Positions 1-7,259 of a stretch of 64,000 nucleotides of DNA are shown piece after piece. This DNA is from Verrucomicrobiia bacterium (GTDB taxonomy: Bacteria; Omnitrophota; Omnitrophia; Omnitrophales; Aquincolibacteriaceae), in contig DATJFP010000005.1 in the NCBI GenBank assembly GCA_035495615.1, forward strand, positions 340 to 64,339, given 5' to 3'. How positions within the stretch are numbered: the first letter of the stretch is position 1; each line of letters begins with the position of its first letter. The notes beneath the pieces are model-generated. The model searched no databases, was not told the DNA's origin, and saw only the letters and a program-made list of their open reading frames with translations. A program made the position numbers and the translations under genes.

Positions 1-7
1 GACCGTA

Positions 8-26
8 CTCGACTGACCGAGTCGAG
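8..26. terminator. Short inverted repeat ctcgact-gaccg-agtcgag just downstream (in minus sense) of the tRNA-Leu 3' end; possible processing or terminator hairpin
   Basis: 7-bp perfect stem read directly from sequence; no clear U-run. Confidence 0.25.
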
Positions 27-108
27 TGCGGCGAGAGGGACTTGAACCCCCACTCCTTTCGGAACAGGATCCTAAGTCCTGCGCGTCTGCCAGTTTCGCC
101 ACCGCCGC
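27..108 (-). tRNA. tRNA-Leu (anticodon TAG), type II with long variable arm
   Basis: Reverse complement folds as a cloverleaf: acceptor GCGGCGG/UCGCCGC, 3-bp D-stem, anticodon stem CAGGA/UCCUG with loop CUUAGGA (anticodon UAG), 13-nt variable arm, T-arm GGGGG-UUCAAGU-CCCUC, discriminator A, no encoded CCA. Confidence 0.8.
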
Positions 109-233
109 ATGAATGGGTAAACAATACGGCCATCGTACGGGATCTTCCTTGCATCCCGGCGATGCCGCATTCAACCACCAGGCTGAATACGGCCATGCAA
201 CTGTTCGCAGCCGCATCGATCCATCAAAAAATA

Positions 234-306
234 TGCGCCCTGAAGGACTTGAACCTTCGACCCACTGATTAAGAGTCAGTTGCTCTACCAACTGAGCTAA
301 GGGCGC
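234..306 (-). tRNA. tRNA-Lys (anticodon CTT)
   Basis: Reverse complement GCGCCCTTAGCTCAGTTGGTAGAGCAACTGACTCTTAATCAGTGGGTCGAAGGTTCAAGTCCTTCAGGGCGCA; anticodon loop CUCUUAA gives anticodon CUU; canonical D and T arms. Confidence 0.85.
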
Positions 307-527
307 GTAAATATTAAGGCATTTCCAAAATAACGGTGATGCTCTACCCCGCTCGGCCAAGGCCTCGGGGACGGCTCGCTTTGCTCGACCGCCAACTGAG
401 CTAAGGGCGCGTAAATATTAAGGCATTTCCAAAATAACGGTGATGCTCTATCCCGCTCCGGCCTTGCGGCCTCCGGGGACGGCTCGCTTCGCTCGACCGC
501 CAACTGAGCTAAGGGCGCGTAAAGACT
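288..527. repeat. Tandem array of about 2.3 copies of a 104-108-bp unit (starts at 288, 392, 500). Each unit begins with the first about 19 nt of the adjacent tRNA-Lys (5' acceptor half plus D-arm, read on the minus strand), followed by a GC-rich palindromic insert and a D-arm-like GTAGAGCA segment. These are pseudo-tRNA fragments, not complete tRNAs.
   Basis: Direct reading: ccaactgagctaagggcgcgtaaatattaaggcatttccaaaataacggtgatgctctac... occurs twice in full and once truncated. The two full copies differ by a 4-nt indel in the ccccgctcggccaaggcctcgggg palindrome. Confidence 0.8.
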
Positions 528-667
528 TACATCACTTTATTTTTTCCGTGTGGCAAGTTTGCGGTCACGGATATAAACAGATGAGTTCAAGAAACACGCA
601 TTCTAGCGGAGATGCCCTTTCTTGACAAGGCTTTAGGCGCGCTTTTAGGAGGGTTTTTGCGGGGGAA

Positions 668-1564
668 TCAGCCTTTATACATCTCGCGGATGCCTTTGGT
701 CGTTTCCAGGAATTCTCCCCGGTCCACGTTAAAGGTCTTGCCGGTCAAAGGCAGCTTCTCGAAGGTCTGGTTCAGCTTTAAAAAACGTTCTTCGGTAATG
801 GGATGGGTTTGGTAGTAATCAAAAAAATAAGGAAGCGCCTGCGGGTCCAGGCGGATGAATTTGTGCAGCAGGTCGATGTAGCCCTGCGGGTCGTAGCCGG
901 CCGCCACCATGTAGCGCATGGCCAGTTCGTCCATTTTCTTCATCCGCTCATCCTCGCTGCCCGACTTATGCCCATCCGTTGCGGCGTGCAGGGCCACGAC
1001 GCCCAGCACCGCCAGCATTCCGATCTGCCCGAACATCGGGCCGACCATGGCCACTCCGTTGGTGATGCCGTCGAAAGCTTTTTTCGAGCCGGAAACCCGC
1101 GGGTCCTGAAATTGCAGCAGGCTGATTTCCTGGGCCAGCACCGCGGCGAGTTCCGCCTCGTTGTCGAGAAGATTGATCAGGCCCGTCGTGACGTAGATGA
1201 AGCCGCCGGGAGCGGAGACCGCGTAAATGCGATCGTTGTACAGGATCGTGAATTGGTAGGGATTCTTGTCCGGGTCGCGGCCTTTTCCGAGAAGCGATTG
1301 CCCGATGTCATTGACATACGCGACGACGCGCGGGTCCGTGTAGAGGTAAAAAGAGGAAAGGACTTCGGAATTGATTTGTCGTCCGTTTTGGATTTCTTCT
1401 TTGCTGAAAGCCCGCACCGGAGGCGCGTCCGCCGCGGTTTCGGGACGCTTGGCGTGGCTGGCGCAGCCGGAAAAAAGGAGCGGCATCAGAAGCGCAAGAC
1501 TGATGCCCGACCTTAAACTTTTCCGCACGCCGTCCTCCTTGGAAAGGATGCCGTATGATAGCAC
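668..1564 (-). CDS. M48-family peptidase-like lipoprotein whose catalytic HExxH motif is replaced by AQEIS (probable pseudo-peptidase)
   Basis: 298-aa ORF. Lipobox LLFSGC near the N-terminus. BepA/M48-like motif ELAAVLAQEISLLQF where an active M48 has ELAAVLAHEISH. C-terminal YDPQGYIDLL region. Confidence 0.55.
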   Translation of the reverse strand: MLSYGILSKEDGVRKSLRSGISLALLMPLLFSGCASHAKRPETAADAPPVRAFSKEEIQNGRQINSEVLSSFYLYTDPRVVAYVNDIGQSLLGKGRDPDKNPYQFTILYNDRIYAVSAPGGFIYVTTGLINLLDNEAELAAVLAQEISLLQFQDPRVSGSKKAFDGITNGVAMVGPMFGQIGMLAVLGVVALHAATDGHKSGSEDERMKKMDELAMRYMVAAGYDPQGYIDLLHKFIRLDPQALPYFFDYYQTHPITEERFLKLNQTFEKLPLTGKTFNVDRGEFLETTKGIREMYKG

Positions 1565-1635
1565 CTTTACCTTTCAGAAAAACGGTCATTTCCCGGAGGA
1601 CTTGAGAAACTTCTAACTAACTGCGGAATAGAGGC

Positions 1636-2262
1636 TTAGGAAGGCTGCCGAAGCCCTTTGTTCAGGTCTTTGTCTTTGTAGTATTTCGTGCCCTTGGCCG
1701 TGAGCTCGAGAGCAAGGCCGTTGTCGGTCAGCTGGTACAGCCAGACTCCGGGAGAAACGGCAATGGCGCCCTGGTAAGCGCCGCCCACGTCTTTGATTTG
1801 CGCGGCGGCTGTCGCCTGCGCGCCGAGTGTCCAGCCGGAATTCACGAAGGAGTCAAAGGCGGTAAACGTGTCAAAGACCCAGATCAATCGGAATTGTTTG
1901 ACGCCGATTCCGAGCCCCGCCTGAAGCTCAACCATTTTCATGAAGGTTTCGCGGCCGGTTTTGTTTTGAACGGCGATACCCGCGCCTTTGCCTCCGCCCG
2001 CGACGAGGATTTTCATGCCGAAGTTACTGAAGACCGCGTATCCCTGGGCGTTTTTGATGGCCTGCTGCGCACCCGGCTGCACCGCATAAAGCTCCGAAAG
2101 CGTTTTCTGGGCCATGGTGCGGATCTTCGTGCGCTGCTGATCATAAGGAGAGGCCCCGGCCTGCGCCACCCGCTGCCGGAGGTCGGACTCCGCGAAAGAA
2201 ACGGGAACCCAGGAAATGCTGAGCATCGACACGATCAAGCCGAACAAAAAAATGCGCCTCAT
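1636..2262 (-). CDS. SYLF (Ysc84-like, DUF500) lipid-binding domain protein, secreted or periplasmic
   Basis: 208 aa with signal peptide. Motifs YAVFSNFGMKILVAGGGKGAGIAV and LGAQATAAAQIKD are typical of the SYLF domain. Confidence 0.55.
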   Translation of the reverse strand: MRRIFLFGLIVSMLSISWVPVSFAESDLRQRVAQAGASPYDQQRTKIRTMAQKTLSELYAVQPGAQQAIKNAQGYAVFSNFGMKILVAGGGKGAGIAVQNKTGRETFMKMVELQAGLGIGVKQFRLIWVFDTFTAFDSFVNSGWTLGAQATAAAQIKDVGGAYQGAIAVSPGVWLYQLTDNGLALELTAKGTKYYKDKDLNKGLRQPS

Positions 2263-2331
2263 TTGCCCCCTCGCTTTTATTTAATAAAAAAATTTGCGAA
2301 CACGGTTGATCCAACCGATGAAAACAGCCGC

Positions 2332-5300
2332 TTAAATCCCTGAGGTCAGATTACCCTGCGCTTTGCTTTCGGTAATGTCATCGATCGAAAGAAGGATGGA
2401 ATCCTCCCCGTTGTCATCGGCTTCAATCTGACAGGCATTGAGAAGCATGGTCCTTCGTCCAATGCGCGGGAAATTGTGCTGGACCTCGTAATTGGAGATG
2501 ACCTTTCTCTTGGGCAGGAGCTCTTCAAAAAATTTGCGCAGCGTGGGAATGTTCCATTGGCCGTTTCCCAAACTGAAAAGGAGACAATTAAGCGTGTCTT
2601 CCGGCTTGACCTGAAAGGTTTCATAAAAGGCTTTATTCGCGCTTTTGACTCTTAAGACAGCGTTGAGAATAAGCAAGGGATGGCGAACGGTTTGGAAAAT
2701 GGTCTCGCGGTAATAGGCATACGTCTTGAGTCTGGTAATATCGGTAAACGTAACAATGGCCCCGTCGATTTTCTGGTCGCTCGTCTTGTAGGCGCGGATC
2801 TGAATTTTATACCACTGGGCTTTCTGGCTGCGGAGCTCCAGCTCTTTGACAGTATCGGCTCTCATCACTTCCAGCAGCATGGCCTCCAGGTCCTGCAGAT
2901 CCATGTCCGACCTGATGTCGCTTAGGGGCCGTCCGATATCGTTGCGGATAAGCCTTAAAACCTTTTCCGCGGCGGGAGTAAACCGGCGAATCCTCAGATC
3001 GCGTCCCACCATAACGAGAGGCAGGCTGATGCTGTTCATGAGGTTGATATGGTCGTCATTCAGTTCCGTGAGCTGGAGGTTGCGGCTCTGGAGCTCGTCA
3101 TTGAGCGTCGTGATCTCCTCGTTGGTCGCCTGAAGTTCTTCCTTGGCGGACTCCAGCTCCTCATTGGCGCTTTGGAATTCCTCATTCAGGCTCTGCAATT
3201 CTTCGTTGGTCGATAAAACTTCTTCGTTGGCCGCCTGCAATTCGTCGTACGCGGCTTCTTTATCATCAAGGAGGCCCTGCAAATGGAGCCTCGTCGATTC
3301 GAGTTCTTTTGCCAATTCTTTATCGGAAACGGGAGAGGCGGTTTCCGGTCCGCTCTGGGTTTCGGACTTAGGGAGCGCCGCTGAACCCGGTTGTTCAAAA
3401 ACAATTAAAAAGAAGCGCTGGTTTTTTAGCGGGACTTTGAAGGGGCTTACCTTAATTGAGACATCGAGAGAGCCTTCGCTGTGGGAAGACATTCGTATGT
3501 TTTGAGTTTTACAGGAAGCGTTTGTCTCCGTGGCTTTCTGGATCGCATTGCGGATCTCGGCGGAAAGCCCTTCCTGGAGCATCTTGAAGAGATTGAGGCT
3601 TGCCGTCCCCGGTAAATGCTTGAGATAGCGGCTCGTGTCCCCGCGAAACTGGACGACTTCCATGGCTTCATTGATGACCACGCCGCAATGGTGAACCATT
3701 TTAAGCACCACGCGATCAGCCTCTTTTTGGATGTCCGCGATGCTCGGGGCGCCGCTCGGGACAGCGGGGCTCGCGGCGGCGGGAACTTCCTGCGACGAGG
3801 CTCGTGCCGGAAGCATCAGCGAGGGGGTTCTCAGAAACGATTTTTTTGAATAAATCTTGGCCTTCTTGTTGACGACGCTGAAGAGCTCCGGGAAAGCGAC
3901 GATGTTTTCCGACTGCCCCAACAAAAGAAACCCGCCAGGATTCAAGGCATAATGAAGGATCGGCATGATCCTCTTTTGCACGGTCCCGTCTAAATAAATC
4001 AAAAGATTCCGGCAGCTGATGAGGTCGATTTTTGAAAAAGGCGGATCGGCGGTGATGTTATGTTTGGCGAAAACGCAAATTTCACGGAGCGATTTGTTGA
4101 CTTGATAGCCCTTATCAATTTTCCTGAAAAACCTTTTAAGCCTTTCGGGCGAGACATCGTTAACAATGTTTTCCGGATAAATCCCAAGGCGTGCATGCTC
4201 GATGGAAGGGGCCATAATGTCCGTGGCAAAAATTTGAACCGGGGTGCTTGCTTTGTCTTCTTTTTCCAAAAACTCAAGCAGATTGATCGCAAGAGAATAG
4301 GCTTCCTCGCCCGTGGAACATCCCGTCGTCCATAGGCGGATGGGCTCGTTGGGAGACCGCGTTTTAATTAAAGAGGAGAACACATCGCGCCCCAGCGCTT
4401 CAAAGGTTTCGGGGTCCCTGAAAAACCGGGTGACGGTGATGAAAACTTCTTGCGACAGCGTCTGGATTTCTTTCGGGTGGTCCACGAGATAGCTGATATA
4501 ACTTTTTAAACTATCGATCCGGTTCAGCATCATGCGCCGGAGAATGCGGCGCTTGAGGGTGGTGACTTTGTAATTCGTAAAATCAACTCCAGAAGCCTTG
4601 CGAAGCAGCATGAAAATTTGCCGGAGACTTTCCGCCTCGGGAATGAGTTCATCCGTTTTCGCTCCGGTATTGCTGTAAGGATGGCGGCTTATGTTGATAA
4701 GTTCCTGGGCCATCCTCTCCGGCGATAAAACGAAGTCCACGGCGCCCGTGGCAATGGCATTTTGGGGCATCTGATCGAATTTCGCAGTTTCGTCTTGCGC
4801 GAAAACGATCCCCCCATAGCCTTTGATCACCTTGATCCCGAGCGAGCCGTCGGAGGCCGTTCCCGAAAGAATAATGGCCATGGCCTTGTCCTTTTGGTAT
4901 TCGGCGAGAGAACAGAGAAAAAAATCGATCGGCAGGTTTTGTTCATGCAATTCAGATTTCCTCTGCTGAAGGTGGAGGAATCCGTTTAGGATGCTCATGC
5001 ACACGTTTGGAGGAATCACATAGACGCTGTTTGGAGCGACCTCCATTCCGTTGACGGCTTCCATGACGGGCATGGCACTTTTTTTGGAAAGGATGTCGCT
5101 CAACATGCTTTTATGCGTGGGAGACAAGTGCTGGACCAAAACAAAGGCCATTCCCGTATTCGCGGGCAGACTCTGCAAAAGCGCGGTGGCCGCCTCGAGC
5201 CCCCCGGCCGAAGCGCCGATGCCGACGATGGAAAAAGGAATTTTCGAAGCCTCTTCCTCGATGACGCCTGCTTGACTCATCACGTTTTGGGCTGCTGCGG

Positions 5301-5466
5301 GTTGCTTGGCTTTTGTTGAAGATTTAGGACTGGGGACTGAAAGGGCTGGGTCATTTCTACTTTTCATAAAATCTAAACATCGGTATAGCCTCAGGTCGCA
5401 GAAGGGATGGTTAGAAATTTCTGAAAGGACAAAAGTCTTTGCAGAAGGGACTAGCCATGGATCCAA
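2332..5466 (-). CDS. Chemotaxis CheB methylesterase-CheR methyltransferase fusion protein with coiled-coil and C-terminal PAS domains. The longest ORF starts at TTG; the true start may be the in-frame ATG at 5367 or 5280.
   Basis: CheB motifs IVGIGASAGGLEA and VLVQHL. CheR motifs FFRDPETFEAL and TGCSTGEEAYSLAI. Long heptad coiled coil ELQSxNEEL, then PAS-like C-terminus. No histidine-kinase domain. Confidence 0.8.
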   Translation of the reverse strand: MDPWLVPSAKTFVLSEISNHPFCDLRLYRCLDFMKSRNDPALSVPSPKSSTKAKQPAAAQNVMSQAGVIEEEASKIPFSIVGIGASAGGLEAATALLQSLPANTGMAFVLVQHLSPTHKSMLSDILSKKSAMPVMEAVNGMEVAPNSVYVIPPNVCMSILNGFLHLQQRKSELHEQNLPIDFFLCSLAEYQKDKAMAIILSGTASDGSLGIKVIKGYGGIVFAQDETAKFDQMPQNAIATGAVDFVLSPERMAQELINISRHPYSNTGAKTDELIPEAESLRQIFMLLRKASGVDFTNYKVTTLKRRILRRMMLNRIDSLKSYISYLVDHPKEIQTLSQEVFITVTRFFRDPETFEALGRDVFSSLIKTRSPNEPIRLWTTGCSTGEEAYSLAINLLEFLEKEDKASTPVQIFATDIMAPSIEHARLGIYPENIVNDVSPERLKRFFRKIDKGYQVNKSLREICVFAKHNITADPPFSKIDLISCRNLLIYLDGTVQKRIMPILHYALNPGGFLLLGQSENIVAFPELFSVVNKKAKIYSKKSFLRTPSLMLPARASSQEVPAAASPAVPSGAPSIADIQKEADRVVLKMVHHCGVVINEAMEVVQFRGDTSRYLKHLPGTASLNLFKMLQEGLSAEIRNAIQKATETNASCKTQNIRMSSHSEGSLDVSIKVSPFKVPLKNQRFFLIVFEQPGSAALPKSETQSGPETASPVSDKELAKELESTRLHLQGLLDDKEAAYDELQAANEEVLSTNEELQSLNEEFQSANEELESAKEELQATNEEITTLNDELQSRNLQLTELNDDHINLMNSISLPLVMVGRDLRIRRFTPAAEKVLRLIRNDIGRPLSDIRSDMDLQDLEAMLLEVMRADTVKELELRSQKAQWYKIQIRAYKTSDQKIDGAIVTFTDITRLKTYAYYRETIFQTVRHPLLILNAVLRVKSANKAFYETFQVKPEDTLNCLLFSLGNGQWNIPTLRKFFEELLPKRKVISNYEVQHNFPRIGRRTMLLNACQIEADDNGEDSILLSIDDITESKAQGNLTSGI

Positions 5467-5474
5467 GTTTTTCC

Positions 5475-5491
5475 ATTATACTCCCCCCCCC
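5475..5491 (-). promoter_or_regulatory. TATAAT -10-like hexamer (minus strand) immediately preceded by a G9 (plus-strand C9) homopolymer tract, 9-30 nt upstream of the longest CheB-CheR start
   Basis: The minus strand reads GATGGGGGGGGGAGTATAATGGAAAAACTTGGATCC; the homopolymer is plus 5483-5491. Confidence 0.3.
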
Positions 5492-5867
5492 ATCTAAATG
5501 CGCCCTTTTCTCTAAAAAATTATTTTTCTTCGTCGGGGTTCGCCTGACAGAGCGGGCACCGCTCTTTTGTGCTCATTTCTGCTCCCTATTTCCCACTTAC
5601 CTGCGAATCATGCTTGGCTCCAGGGCGCTCACCCCCTCTCGCGCCACCAAACGTGCGCTCCTTATTCGTCGCGCGGCGATTGCCCATGAGGGCGGCGCTC
5701 GCTCGCTTCGACCCCTGTAAAAAAAATTACGCCCGACAGGGGTCGGCCACTACGGCTCGCGGACGAGCCTGCGTCGCCTCCCCTCACTCACTGTCGCGCG
5801 GCCTTCGGCTAGCGCGCTCTTCCGGCCATAAGGCCGGCGTTCGTTCGCTTCAATTCTTGCCGGAAAA

Positions 5868-5941
5868 TACGCCCGGCAGGAATTGAACCTGCAACCCTCA
5901 GTTCCGAAGACTGATGCTCTATCCAATTGAGCTACGGGCGC
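5868..5941 (-). tRNA. tRNA-Arg (anticodon TCG)
   Basis: Reverse complement GCGCCCGTAGCTCAATTGGATAGAGCATCAGTCTTCGGAACTGAGGGTTGCAGGTTCAATTCCTGCCGGGCGTA; anticodon loop CUUCGGA gives anticodon UCG. Confidence 0.85.
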
Positions 5942-6046
5942 AAACAACCTTGCTTTTGATCAATCGAAGTTTGCGCTTCCCCGCGAGGCCTTCCTTGAGC
6001 CGAGACGGGGCCGTACCTGCGCAGCCGGCGCAGGTGCGGGCGCGCA

Positions 6047-7009
6047 TCATTTCAACCGCTCGAACACCAGCGCCAGCGCACCGAGATCGCCGACGCTGCC
6101 TTTCAACTTCGAGCGCACGATCTTCACTTTTTTGACGGCTTCGGGCCAGGCGTGATGGCGGCAGCTCTGCATCATGATCTGCTCGAAGCGCCGCGGGGCC
6201 GAAGCCCAGACGCCGCCGCCCAGGATGACTTTTTCCGGATTGATGATGTTGAGGAGGTTCGCGATGCCGATGCCCAGGTAATAGCCGGCCTTCTCGAAGG
6301 ATTTCACGGCCACGCTGTCTCTCTTCGTCGCGGCCTCGCCCACGTCGCGCCCCGTGAGAAAGCCCTGTTTGTCCATGCGCGCCGCGAGGATCGTCCTCTT
6401 GCCTTTGCGCACCTGCGATTCCGCGTGACGCGCAATGGCCGTCCCCGAGCTGTAAGCCTCGAGGCAGCCTTCGTTGCCGCAGCTGCACAGGTTGCCGTCC
6501 GGCACGATGATCATGTGGCCGATTTCCCCCGCCACGTAATTGGCACCTTCGAGCAGCTTGCCGAAGGTGTAGATGCCTCCGCCGATGCCTGTACTAACCG
6601 TCATATAAATGAAGTGCTGGCAGCCTTTGGCCTGCCCGAAAATCTTCTCCGCGACCGCGGCGGCGTTGGCGTCGTTGGCCATGAGGACCGGAAGTGAGAA
6701 TTCTTTTTCGAGCAGGCGCGCGAGAGGAAGTCCCTTCCAGCCTTTCAGGTGCGGGGACCGCGGCACGATGCCGGTCCTGGAATCCACGGCGCCGGGAGCT
6801 CCGATGCCGATGCCCAGGACCTTATATTTTTTGGCCTTGGCCGTGTGAAGGATTTCGCGGATGGCTGCTTTCAACTCGGCGATGCAGGCCTTGGTTTCGG
6901 CTCCGGTGCGCGTGGGAATTCTGCGGTGCACGAGGATTTTCCCGGAGGGAGTTCCGAGAACCATGGAAATTTTGGTGCCGCCAATGTCGATGCCGATTGC
7001 GGTTTTCAT
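6047..7009 (-). CDS. ROK-family sugar kinase (glucokinase-like)
   Basis: N-terminal IGIDIGGTK ATP-binding motif. ROK zinc motif CSCGNEGCLE and GHMIIVPDGNLC. Start trimmed to MKTAIGIDIGGTK because the longer ORF would overlap tRNA-Phe. Confidence 0.75.
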   Translation of the reverse strand: MKTAIGIDIGGTKISMVLGTPSGKILVHRRIPTRTGAETKACIAELKAAIREILHTAKAKKYKVLGIGIGAPGAVDSRTGIVPRSPHLKGWKGLPLARLLEKEFSLPVLMANDANAAAVAEKIFGQAKGCQHFIYMTVSTGIGGGIYTFGKLLEGANYVAGEIGHMIIVPDGNLCSCGNEGCLEAYSSGTAIARHAESQVRKGKRTILAARMDKQGFLTGRDVGEAATKRDSVAVKSFEKAGYYLGIGIANLLNIINPEKVILGGGVWASAPRRFEQIMMQSCRHHAWPEAVKKVKIVRSKLKGSVGDLGALALVFERLK

Positions 7010-7042
7010 TTGCCTAGGTCTCAGGGGGTTTGAATCATAATG

Positions 7043-7115
7043 TGGGCAGGGACGGAATTGAACCGCCGACACAGGGATTTTCAGTCCCTTGCTCTACCGA
7101 CTGAGCTACCTGCCC
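7043..7115 (-). tRNA. tRNA-Phe (anticodon GAA)
   Basis: Reverse complement GGGCAGGTAGCTCAGTCGGTAGAGCAAGGGACTGAAAATCCCTGTGTCGGCGGTTCAATTCCGTCCCTGCCCA; anticodon loop CUGAAAA. Confidence 0.85.
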
Positions 7116-7259
7116 TCATTATAAACTTTTGAAGCGAGGAGGATTCCTCACTCGCTGATAGGTAGGAAACCTTGTGAAATTATAGGGATGCGGGGATGAA
7201 AGTCAATGACTCAAACAGGCGGGTCAGGAGGGGCAGGACGCCCTGCCCCTCCCGTGTGT

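Noticed and set aside
288-527. Possible CRISPR array (regular repeats)
   Set aside because: The repeat unit is 104-108 bp with no interspersed unique spacers and is tRNA-derived. No cas genes anywhere in the window.
42-625. Small ORFs (76, 68, 61 aa) overlapping tRNA-Leu, tRNA-Lys and the pseudo-tRNA repeats
   Set aside because: They overlap well-folded tRNA genes and the repeat units. No RBS. Typical spurious ORFs in GC-rich DNA.
5467-5867. tmRNA, RNase P RNA, SRP RNA or 6S RNA in the region downstream of tRNA-Arg
   Set aside because: Looked for tmRNA terminal motifs, the RNase P GGAAAGTCCGGGCTCC box and the SRP GGAA/AGCAG helix-8 motif; none found. The region remains unassigned.
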